Source: a virus
Lineage: Duplodnaviria; Caudoviricetes
Length of the DNA stretch: 35,299 nt
Virus record (IMG/VR): IMGVR_UViG_3300030372_002767
Location: 1-35,299 of that record
Strand: one strand, 5' to 3'
Numbering within the stretch: position 1 is the first letter of the stretch; each line of letters starts with the position of its first letter. This document shows, one piece after another, positions 1-7,241 of the stretch. The notes beneath the pieces were generated by a model that searched no databases, was not told the DNA's origin, and saw only the letters and a list, made by a program, of their open reading frames with translations. The translations under genes and the position numbers were made by a program.

Positions 1-98
1 CTTAGTGCTTCATTATTCCACATTTGCATATTGTACAATGGACAATACTCAATATCATTATCATAAAAATATTTGAATACATCATCTTCTTGCCAATC
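1..98 (+). repeat. Terminal direct repeat (assembly overlap), copy 1
   Basis: Identical to 35201-35298; base 99 is A whereas base 35299 is G. Confidence 0.97.
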
Positions 99-680
99 AA
101 ATATAGGTTTGCACAATTTTGCACGTTCAGTACCGTTAGTGTTGTTGATATAATTTTCATGTAATTTCTCCATGCATGAACCATAACGTCTTAAAGATTC
201 ACTAGCACGTATTCCATTCACGAATGCTACCTTACCTTCAAATAGACTTGCAGTGTATGCATCCATGTTTAGTTTATCGAAAACGTGTGTATGAGTTATA
301 GCATGTGAAGGTATCGGTCTAACGTGTTCCCTGTTAGCATCCCATTGTACGTATGTCTGTGTTTGACCTAGAACATATTTGGTTGCATAGGTAGGAACAC
401 AAAAATAAAACATATCTATCCATTTCTTTTTTCTATATTCGTTAACAAAATCTATAACAACATTTGGTATGAGTTCTTCGTCTCTGAACACAACGTTTAT
501 TTTTTTTATCCCTCTGGAATCTGCGACTTCTTTACATAAGTGCAACGTTGCCAAACTATCTTTACCACCACTGAACATTACAACAACAGTGTCAAATATA
601 TCGTAGATATGATTGATTCTTTTTATAGACTCATCGTAAACATTTGTATCTATAAATTTTCTAGTCTTCTTTAATACCAT
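1..680 (-). CDS. PAPS-reductase-family (PP-loop) protein, YbdN/IbrA-like; N-terminal part, continues across the junction into 35200..34819 (~353 aa total)
   Basis: Manual translation from ATG 680: MVLKKTRKFIDTNVYDESIKRINHIYDIFDTVVVMFSGGKDSLATL...FRDEE...NGIRASESLRR...KPIFDWQEDDVFKY; SGGKDS PP-loop, GxRxxES and PIxDW motifs; in frame with ORF 34819..35238; absent from the supplied ORF track. Confidence 0.9.
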   Translation of the reverse strand, partial: MVLKKTRKFIDTNVYDESIKRINHIYDIFDTVVVMFSGGKDSLATLHLCKEVADSRGIKKINVVFRDEELIPNVVIDFVNEYRKKKWIDMFYFCVPTYATKYVLGQTQTYVQWDANREHVRPIPSHAITHTHVFDKLNMDAYTASLFEGKVAFVNGIRASESLRRYGSCMEKLHENYINNTNGTERAKLCKPIFDWQEDDVFKYFYDNDIEYCPLYNMQMWNNEAL

Positions 681-1266
681 TGTCTTTTAAAAATTTATCA
701 ATTCTGCTCGAATGAGTATCCATATCACTATACTCATGTTTTAAATCTTTTAAGAACTTGTACCATAGTTTTTGCTGACTCTCGTTATCAAAAACCAAAC
801 TATAAGATATTTGAGGTATACTTAGTTTATCATCTCCTTTGTAGTGGTCGTCTGACAAATCGAACTCACGATAATCTATACCCATATCTGTAGGTGTAAA
901 ACCAAAATCTTCTAATTCTTCTATGTTGAATCTGTTGCTCAACATTTCCATGTCAAAATCACCTGCGATATTTTTATTAAGTCTAATGTTAAGTTCATCA
1001 ACCTCTGCTTCATTTAAGATTCTATTGGGTATATAACAGTCTACTCTTTGTATCTTCGCTAGAGTCAATGCTTTCTTACGACCATGACCACCTACAATTG
1101 TTAAGTCTCTGTTAACTACTAATGGTTCTGCTACACCAAAACGTTTTATGCTTTCGGATAAGTGTTTGAGTTTTTCGGGAGTTATGATACGAGGATTGAA
1201 CTCGTATTCTTTTAGAGAAGATACCTCAAGTTCTTCTACTGACCATTTTAAATCAGATGTCGTCAT
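661..1266 (-). CDS. ParB/Srx N-terminal-domain protein
   Basis: NPR...LSESIKRFG..EPLVVN...IVGGHGRKKA...NIRLN motif; start placed at ATG 1266, overlapping the helicase end. Confidence 0.85.
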   Translation of the reverse strand: MTTSDLKWSVEELEVSSLKEYEFNPRIITPEKLKHLSESIKRFGVAEPLVVNRDLTIVGGHGRKKALTLAKIQRVDCYIPNRILNEAEVDELNIRLNKNIAGDFDMEMLSNRFNIEELEDFGFTPTDMGIDYREFDLSDDHYKGDDKLSIPQISYSLVFDNESQQKLWYKFLKDLKHEYSDMDTHSSRIDKFLKDNGIKED

Positions 1267-2095
1267 AACACTTTGTATCATTATTCCATGCAATAGTAAA
1301 CTCAGAAACTACACCTTGCACATCTACTTCTCTGACTTTAGCTATTCTTATCTTTGTGCATCCACGTTCATAATCTCTTGTAACTATAATTCCAACATCA
1401 CATTTATTTGCCCAGTGTGCTGTGCCCGAAATTTCAAAAAGACTTTTGACTTCAAATACACCATCTGCATTACGTATCTGTTTAGTTGGGTGTGCGACCA
1501 TAAATGTAACTGTTTCAGTTTCTCTGTTAAATCTTTTAATCTTAGATATTAGCACCGATATATGTTCGTCTTCTCGAAGATTATTACGTGCAGGACATAT
1601 CTCATTATAAGGGTCTAACAACATACCATCTATGTCATAAACTTCTTTTACCTTACGTGCTCTATCTAGAATCCAGTCAATGTTCGGAGATTCTTCTGAC
1701 TTGTCTAAAAAATAAAAGTGTTCTTGTATAAACTCAATTGCTTCAATGACTTCTGATTCATTAACACGATTTTTAAACATAATATCGAATGGTTTTTTAC
1801 AATACTTTTCAATGAGACGTTTTAAGTTTACTGTACTGTTGTGCTCTGGTGAAAATATTAAATATTTAAAGTTGTGCATTTTAGCAGTTCTCATCAACAC
1901 GTCATACGTCCATGATGATTTTCCACAATTGGGGATGCCTGTGATTACCATGAAGGAAGGTTTTATTATTTTTATACAATCTTTTGCATTATCGAAACCT
2001 ATGTCATATCTTTTTTGTGATTTACCTTGATATAATTGCCACAATGGCTCGGTTAAGTCTAGTGCTCGATATACACCATCAATTTTCTCACTCAT
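1253..2095 (-). CDS. SF4 (DnaB/T7 gp4/Twinkle-like) helicase domain
   Basis: Walker A GIPNCGKS, FSPE, LLDPYN, VAHPTK, ISGTAHW..K.D, KVR motifs; no primase domain. Confidence 0.88.
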   Translation of the reverse strand: MSEKIDGVYRALDLTEPLWQLYQGKSQKRYDIGFDNAKDCIKIIKPSFMVITGIPNCGKSSWTYDVLMRTAKMHNFKYLIFSPEHNSTVNLKRLIEKYCKKPFDIMFKNRVNESEVIEAIEFIQEHFYFLDKSEESPNIDWILDRARKVKEVYDIDGMLLDPYNEICPARNNLREDEHISVLISKIKRFNRETETVTFMVAHPTKQIRNADGVFEVKSLFEISGTAHWANKCDVGIIVTRDYERGCTKIRIAKVREVDVQGVVSEFTIAWNNDTKCYDDI

Positions 2096-2103
2096 TTATA
2101 CTC

Positions 2104-2472
2104 CTACATTGCTATAAAATTTTTATTTTTTGTTTTCTTTTTAAATATATCAGATGGTTTACGTTGTGTAATATTTTCACTTTTACTTATATTAGTATTA
2201 TGTGCAAATTTTTCACATCGTAAAAAGTATCTGTTAATCTTTTTTAAACCTTGTTTAGTTCTTACAACTCTTACTAATCCTTTCTTTTCTAATGTTTTGA
2301 GATTAGATACAACCGTCCTTCTCGTGCAATGAGCATGATAAGCAATATGGTCGTGTGATGGATAACAAGAATTTTCCGAATCAGCATAGTTAGCTAGAAT
2401 CAGCAGAATCAACTTACCAGTGGTTGACTCTGCTGACTGTCGTATAGCCCAACTCATTGCTTGGAAACTCAT
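2104..2472 (-). CDS. Phage replication initiator, winged-HTH
   Basis: MSFQAMSWA...KLILLILANYAD....CYPS...IA.....RRTV...L..LE..GLV pattern; directly upstream of the helicase. Confidence 0.8.
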   Translation of the reverse strand: MSFQAMSWAIRQSAESTTGKLILLILANYADSENSCYPSHDHIAYHAHCTRRTVVSNLKTLEKKGLVRVVRTKQGLKKINRYFLRCEKFAHNTNISKSENITQRKPSDIFKKKTKNKNFIAM

Positions 2473-2696
2473 TATCTACGACTCGATAATGTAACTGACA
2501 GATTATCTGCAGTAGCATAAAAATCATCTGCAGTTATCTCTCCCTTCGTTGCCTGATAAATAATGTCCATATTTCTACGATTAGGAATCCTCAAGCCGTA
2601 TTTATACTTGTTGAGGGTGTCTTGTTTTATCCCTGTAACCTCAGAAAACTTAGACATTGGAAGGCTCTCTTTTTCAAGATACTCTTGCAATTTCAC
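2472..2696 (-). CDS. Cro-like XRE HTH regulator
   Basis: MKLQEYL...FSEVTGI....LNKY..G.RIP......I...T.GEIT.DDF; GGAGG RBS with GTG start; first gene behind a consensus promoter. Confidence 0.85.
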   Translation of the reverse strand: MKLQEYLEKESLPMSKFSEVTGIKQDTLNKYKYGLRIPNRRNMDIIYQATKGEITADDFYATADNLSVTLSSRR

Positions 2697-2717
2697 GTTG
2701 TCCTCCTGTTTCGCTTG

Positions 2718-2745
2718 ATTATACAGTAATCTGACGGACTGTCAA
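2718..2745 (-). promoter_or_regulatory. Leftward sigma70 promoter TTGACA-N16-TATAAT with overlapping TGAC-N5-GTCA operator
   Basis: Perfect hexamers on the - strand (2745-2740 and 2723-2718); palindrome TGACGGACTGTCA at 2732-2744. Confidence 0.85.
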
Positions 2746-2760
2746 TATGACAATTCGTAC

Positions 2761-2789
2761 TTGATTAGCCTTGTTATTAGTGTCATAAT
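2761..2789 (+). promoter_or_regulatory. Rightward early promoter TTGATT-N17-(TGT)CATAAT
   Basis: Near-consensus hexamers with extended -10, upstream of GGAG RBS and ATG 2824. Confidence 0.65.
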
Positions 2790-2823
2790 TGATGCACATT
2801 TAATCAAATATATGGAGTTACAA

Positions 2824-3018
2824 ATGATATATTTAATAGTACATAAGACCGAATATGATACATATTCTGTCGCACCAAAATGCACACCTTATAAAAATGC
2901 TGATGATGCAGATGAGATGTGCGATGTTCTTAACAAAACCAAAACTAGTGATAAAGAGTATTGGACTGTTATTGAACTTCCCGAAGAAAAAAACTTGGAG
3001 GTAGTAAATAATGGATAA
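2824..3018 (+). CDS. Hypothetical early protein
   Basis: GGAG RBS before ATG 2824; overlaps the start of the next gene. Confidence 0.7.
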   Translation: MIYLIVHKTEYDTYSVAPKCTPYKNADDADEMCDVLNKTKTSDKEYWTVIELPEEKNLEVVNNG

Positions 3019-3523
3019 AGTTACAATTAAAGGTGCTTTGCTCAAAGCACGTAAAGAAGTGATTGAAACTACTTTAATTAAAAGTGCTAAAGGTGCATTC
3101 AAAAATTCTTATACACCTTTACCCGAAATTATTAAAGTTGTAGAACCAATTTTATTGAAACACAACATACTTTCAATCTTTAATGAAGCAACCGATTATA
3201 CTAACAGTGAAAAACCGAATGAGGCTAAATTCACTTTGACTTTGTATCATCCCGAGACAGATACAAAAATGATTAATAGTATACGTGTTGAGTTAGAGAA
3301 AAGAACACCTCAAGGTAAAAGAAGTGCTTACACTTATGCACAACGTAGCCTTTATGAAAGTACATTAGTAATCAATAAAGAAGATGATGATGCAACCGAC
3401 ACAATGACCGTGCAGGAACTTGATGAAGCAATTGCATCTTTGTCTAGGAAAAAAAATTCGTTGAGCAGAAGAACTGCACAACCTTCAACTAACGGACACA
3501 ACCCGTTTGGAGAAAATAAATGA
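3011..3523 (+). CDS. ERF-family single-strand annealing protein
   Basis: K.AKGAFKNSY..L..II..V.P.L..H.....Q..SAYTYAQR.L.......EDDD pattern; GGAGG RBS. Confidence 0.8.
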   Translation: MDKVTIKGALLKARKEVIETTLIKSAKGAFKNSYTPLPEIIKVVEPILLKHNILSIFNEATDYTNSEKPNEAKFTLTLYHPETDTKMINSIRVELEKRTPQGKRSAYTYAQRSLYESTLVINKEDDDATDTMTVQELDEAIASLSRKKNSLSRRTAQPSTNGHNPFGENK

Positions 3524-3900
3524 CCGAGAAACTCAATGAGTTTTTAGGAAGTGAGACTGAGGTTATCTATGGTAGCCTCAATCCACCTCGTAAAAATACA
3601 AATGATGAAATGATAGATACCATCGTGCAAGACGGAAAAATAAAAGATGGTTCAGAATACGGGAAACACGTTAAAGTCATCGAATCAACATCTCAAGCAG
3701 GTAACCAAGTTTTTTATTTATATGAAAAAGTTGGTGCAGTCTTTGCAACATCTAAAGAAGAAAACAAAGACCTTGTTCTTCAAGGTGAAATGTCTTTAGG
3801 TGGACAAGATAAATTTGTGCAAGGATATAAAAAACTAAATGAGAACGGTGAAGAATGGATAAGTCTTAGCATTTATCCTAAACGTGATGGAAGTAACTAA
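3520..3900 (+). CDS. Hypothetical protein, possible ssDNA-binding protein
   Basis: Directly follows the ERF gene; beta-rich, ends KK..ENGEEWISLSI; the SSB role is inferred from position only. Confidence 0.5.
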   Translation: MTEKLNEFLGSETEVIYGSLNPPRKNTNDEMIDTIVQDGKIKDGSEYGKHVKVIESTSQAGNQVFYLYEKVGAVFATSKEENKDLVLQGEMSLGGQDKFVQGYKKLNENGEEWISLSIYPKRDGSN

Positions 3901-4420
3901 TACATTATATGGTGCACAATTGATTCCAGTATCTCAAAAAGATAGAATGATTGCTTTCACAGAACTATCTAAAGGTATTGGAATCAAAACCGATGCTAAC
4001 GTAAAAAGTTATTTGTTAGATTACAGACGAGTAGATATGTGGAGAATTCCATTAGACTCGGGTATTGGAGAAATATTTAAAAGAGTTGGCGATGATGCTA
4101 ACAAAGCATTCAATTATAATGTTAATGACATAGGTGATATTCAATATTTAGAATACAAAGTTGGGGATTATTACAACATACATTCTGATATTGATAATGG
4201 ACAAGCATGTCAAAGAAAAATTAGTATGTCGTGGGTACTGAATTCTGATTATGAAGGAGGAGACTTTAAGATATACGAGCACGGTGATTCTACCGTAATT
4301 AATTTAACACCATCAAACGTTTTAGCATTCACTAGTTTTTATAATCATTCAGTGAGCATGGTAACTAGTGGTATACGTAAAGCATTAGTTTGTTGGTACA
4401 TAGGAGATAGTTGGAAATGA
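3887..4420 (+). CDS. 2OG-Fe(II) oxygenase (prolyl-hydroxylase-like)
   Basis: HxD (IHSD), RKIS...LN.DYEGGDF, distal H and R (HSV..VTSGIRKALVCW). Confidence 0.9.
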   Translation: MEVTNTLYGAQLIPVSQKDRMIAFTELSKGIGIKTDANVKSYLLDYRRVDMWRIPLDSGIGEIFKRVGDDANKAFNYNVNDIGDIQYLEYKVGDYYNIHSDIDNGQACQRKISMSWVLNSDYEGGDFKIYEHGDSTVINLTPSNVLAFTSFYNHSVSMVTSGIRKALVCWYIGDSWK

Positions 4421-5055
4421 ATATAATACAAAAACATACAGACGATGGATTGAGATATTATGACGTAGATGGTAAACACTATGCTAGTGTTACCGAAGTT
4501 GTTAATCATAAAGGTAGTGTAGGTCTACAAATATGGAGAGATAAACTAGGTCATGATGTTGCAGACTATGAAATGAAACGTTGTGCTAAACGTGGTAGTG
4601 ATACACATAAATTAATCGAAGATTATTTGTTAGGAGAAAAATCTAAAGATAAACAGGTATTGCCAACTGGTTTGTTTGCTCTTATGAAACCTCACCTAGA
4701 TAGATTATCTGTTATTGTTCTAGAATCAAAACTTTACAGTCATAAATTAAGGATTGCAGGTACAGTGGATTGTATTGCATTGGATAAAGAGACTGGCAAA
4801 TTAACGGTCGTAGACTTTAAAACATCTAATAAGAAAGGAAAAGTAAGAACGGAACATTGGTTACAGACCACTGCTTATGCATTAATGTGGATGGAGATGC
4901 ATCCGACAGACAATGTTGAGCAATTGATAATCATAAAAGCAAGTGAAGATGGATATTGTGTAAGCACATCTAGTGATTACCTTCCATACGTTTCTACTTT
5001 GAAAACTTATATAGACGATTACTATAAAATGATGGAGGTGCAATATGACAATTAA
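4417..5055 (+). CDS. PD-(D/E)XK exonuclease
   Basis: Y.SVT.V...RGS..H..IE, AGTVD, DFKTS, Q..AY motifs; ATGA overlap with the upstream gene. Confidence 0.88.
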   Translation: MNIIQKHTDDGLRYYDVDGKHYASVTEVVNHKGSVGLQIWRDKLGHDVADYEMKRCAKRGSDTHKLIEDYLLGEKSKDKQVLPTGLFALMKPHLDRLSVIVLESKLYSHKLRIAGTVDCIALDKETGKLTVVDFKTSNKKGKVRTEHWLQTTAYALMWMEMHPTDNVEQLIIIKASEDGYCVSTSSDYLPYVSTLKTYIDDYYKMMEVQYDN

Positions 5056-5335
5056 AAAAGAAGACTTGCCCGAACGTAGACGTGTGATGAACCGTGAAGT
5101 AAAAAAATGGACTGCATCTACCGAAGAAGTTATTGCAAGACTTGAGGAAACTTTAGCACATGGTAGAAAACAACTGAAACATAATCAAAGATTATTTAAT
5201 GAAGCAATGCATAAAGAAACATTCAACTGTGAACTAGCTTATGCATATATAATGGCAATGAACAGTACAATTGATGCAATAAATTCGTTAGAGCAGTTGT
5301 TAAAATCTACACAATTAGGTAAAGATACTAGTTGA
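5045..5335 (+). CDS. Hypothetical helical protein
   Basis: GGAGG RBS; coupled to the upstream gene. Confidence 0.7.
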   Translation: MTIKKEDLPERRRVMNREVKKWTASTEEVIARLEETLAHGRKQLKHNQRLFNEAMHKETFNCELAYAYIMAMNSTIDAINSLEQLLKSTQLGKDTS

Positions 5336-5359
5336 CAGTTTGTCATATAGTGCTATATT
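5332..5359 (+). promoter_or_regulatory. Early promoter TTGACA-N16-(TGC)TATATT with TGACAGTTTGTCA operator
   Basis: 18-mer TTGACAGTTTGTCATATA is identical to 27169-27186; followed by TAGGAG RBS. Confidence 0.8.
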
Positions 5360-5389
5360 TAAAGATACTAAAATTTTAGGAGTATTAAA

Positions 5390-5548
5390 ATGATAGTAAA
5401 ACCGATAGGAAAACCGAGACGTAAGAATACGACTCGGAGAAAAAGAAAGGCACATGTGCCGAAGGATAAAAGCAGGTCGTGGTATCATCCGTTATCTGTT
5501 GCAACATTGAGAAAACAACAGATGAAAAATAAGGTTGAAGATGTATAA
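5390..5548 (+). CDS. Small, highly basic protein (52 aa)
   Basis: MIVKPIGKPRRKNTTRRKRKAHVPKDKSRSWYHPLSVATLRKQQMKNKVEDV; AGGAG RBS behind the promoter; shorter than any ORF in the track. Confidence 0.7.
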   Translation: MIVKPIGKPRRKNTTRRKRKAHVPKDKSRSWYHPLSVATLRKQQMKNKVEDV

Positions 5549-5780
5549 TCCAATTACAGATTTCATTTGTTATGCTCGAGAAAAATACGGTGATGTCAAT
5601 TCTACGTGTTACAAAAATGATGGTATATGTTGTTGTCATGAAGACAGAGAAATTATAGGAAAATCACATTTAGGAGACGGATGTACTCCTGCTGACTCTA
5701 TAACTTATGAACGTATGCTTTACATAAAAGAACATAAAAATGAAATAGAAATCAATCAACAAAAATTAGAAGGTAAATAA
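5541..5780 (+). CDS. Hypothetical Cys-rich protein
   Basis: Start overlaps the upstream stop; C...C...CCCH...C. Confidence 0.65.
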   Translation: MYNPITDFICYAREKYGDVNSTCYKNDGICCCHEDREIIGKSHLGDGCTPADSITYERMLYIKEHKNEIEINQQKLEGK

Positions 5781-5781
5781 T

Positions 5782-5940
5782 ATGGACTACATAAAAATAA
5801 TTCAAAACTTAGAAGACAAAATTCAAAACTTTTTCGATGGTGATTCACAAATAAGTGAAAAAGAAAACAATATGAATGAAACTGCATTACAACACTTTAA
5901 AAGAAATTTTGGTAAAAAGAAAAATGGACAAAGTAAATAA
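5782..5940 (+). CDS. Small hypothetical protein (52 aa)
   Basis: MDYIKIIQNLEDKIQNFFDG...GQSK; fills the operon gap, AAGG upstream. Confidence 0.55.
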   Translation: MDYIKIIQNLEDKIQNFFDGDSQISEKENNMNETALQHFKRNFGKKKNGQSK

Positions 5941-6139
5941 TCCAAGTCATTACACATCGGGAGATATTGAATGTCTCGATGCAATGAAATCTTGTTTATC
6001 AAAAGAAGAATTTAAAGGTTTTCTTCGTGGAAATATATTTAAGTACACATGGAGAGCACCTTTAAAGAACAAAGTTGAGGACTATAAGAAGGCTCAATTT
6101 TATTTAACAAAACTAATAGGAGAAGAAAATGGCGAGTAA
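5924..6139 (+). CDS. DUF3310-like protein
   Basis: DKVNNPSHY..G.IEC.D.........GF.RGN..KY.WRA..K....D..KA..YL. Confidence 0.88.
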   Translation: MDKVNNPSHYTSGDIECLDAMKSCLSKEEFKGFLRGNIFKYTWRAPLKNKVEDYKKAQFYLTKLIGEENGE

Positions 6140-6350
6140 AAAACTTAACAAAACGGAAAAAGTATCTAGACATTTATTGAAACATGGTTCTATAACATCT
6201 TTAGAAGCATTCAATAAATGGACTGCTACTAGACTGTCTGCAATTATTTATAATCTAAGACACAAACGTGGTTTCATTATTGAGAATGAAGATATGAAAA
6301 CTAAGGACGGAACTAGATTTGCTAGATACGTTTTTAAAGGAGTACAATAA
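6129..6350 (+). CDS. Small winged-HTH DNA-binding protein
   Basis: HL...GSITSLEA......RLSAIIYNLR...G..I...ARY pattern. Confidence 0.8.
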   Translation: MASKKLNKTEKVSRHLLKHGSITSLEAFNKWTATRLSAIIYNLRHKRGFIIENEDMKTKDGTRFARYVFKGVQ

Positions 6351-6451
6351 TGATAGACAAAATAGTTGAGTATTGTGATAACTTACCCGATATAATAAAA
6401 GCAGTTTTATTTGTAAGTGTGATTTCAATATTTTGGAGTATAGTGTTATAA
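6350..6451 (+). CDS. Small membrane peptide (33 aa)
   Basis: MIDKIVEYCDNLPDIIKAVLFVSVISIFWSIVL; AGGAG RBS; TAATG overlap. Confidence 0.6.
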   Translation: MIDKIVEYCDNLPDIIKAVLFVSVISIFWSIVL

Positions 6452-6519
6452 TTAACTTTCTAATATTTCGCAATTTATAACGTTTTTGTGTGGTATATTA
6501 GATTTTTACTCCTATCACC

Positions 6520-6555
6520 GAGACCCTTAGAAGAAATTTTAGGGGTCTCTTTTTT
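6520..6555 (+). terminator. Intrinsic terminator
   Basis: GAGACCCTTAGAA-GAAA-TTTTAGGGGTCTC stem (with G-U pairs), GNRA loop, T6 tail; lies where the early and late operons converge. Confidence 0.85.
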
Positions 6556-6614
6556 AGGGGGTATCTAAGTACCACCCCCCTATCGAAAAACGTCAAAATG
6601 AGGCTATTACGAGG
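6553..6614. repeat. Dispersed ~65-bp repeat, copy 1 (divergent)
   Basis: TTTAGGGGGTATCTAAGTA...AAAAACGTCAAAATGAGGCTATTA; TAG-to-CTATTA offset 49 bp. Confidence 0.7.
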
Positions 6615-7241
6615 TCAAATTGCTTCCGAACATGCGAAACTGAACCCGTAAACACTGTTTTCGTTAGATTTCCAACCTAACTCACCCGTGTCCATTCTCA
6701 TCACACATTTAGTATTTTCATAGATAACAGTCGAATTATCTGTCAATGCAGTTTTCAATGGTGGCTCGATTTGTAGTGTCGCTTGACCCGATGCATTTGT
6801 GTTAATGTCATCTGTAATAATATGAAGTTTAGACGTTGCACCCGAGCCAAATTGAACATAATCTCCCTTCTTAAATGCATTAGTTATTGATGCACCTAAA
6901 CCATCGACTGCAACCGAATACACCCCAATCGCATGAGCACCGTTAACTAACATAGTACCTGTTGCACTTCCTTGAATAGTTTTGGCATCAGCGTCTCCGA
7001 GTAAAAATGTTCCACGCCTACCGTGAAGTTGTGAAAAGAAAACTGTCCATGCACCTGCTTCATCTCGTTTCATTGGGGGTAATGTTACGACTGCAATCCA
7101 TCTACAACCCAAATATTCTGATACTTGTTGTGAATAAGTGAACGGACTTTCTGTGATACCAACTGCTCTAGATAAACTCCATTCTTGAGTAGCAACAGAA
7201 GGTGAACTAGGTAAAACTAATGGATAACTAGGAACTGTCAT
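6615..7241 (-). CDS. Distal tail (Dit-like) protein
   Basis: Follows the tape measure gene; SPFT..QQV......W.A.VTLPP...F...L.GR..TF; jelly-roll-like insertion. Confidence 0.7.
   Translation of the reverse strand: MTVPSYPLVLPSSPSVATQEWSLSRAVGITESPFTYSQQVSEYLGCRWIAVVTLPPMKRDEAGAWTVFFSQLHGRRGTFLLGDADAKTIQGSATGTMLVNGAHAIGVYSVAVDGLGASITNAFKKGDYVQFGSGATSKLHIITDDINTNASGQATLQIEPPLKTALTDNSTVIYENTKCVMRMDTGELGWKSNENSVYGFSFACSEAI

Noticed and set aside
2-184. 60-aa ORF from the track
   Set aside because: Out-of-frame shadow of the PAPS-reductase-like gene, which runs off the contig end
3887-4420. 2OG-Fe(II) oxygenase as a TET/JBP base-modifying enzyme
   Set aside because: Motifs match the common prolyl-hydroxylase-like family of marine phages; no linked methyl- or glycosyltransferase
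4417-5055. Cas4 as evidence of a CRISPR system
   Set aside because: Lacks the four-Cys Fe-S pattern; it is an ordinary phage exonuclease next to an ERF gene
5332-5359. TGTCATA as a Pho box
   Set aside because: No second direct repeat at 11-bp spacing; the conserved feature is an inverted repeat
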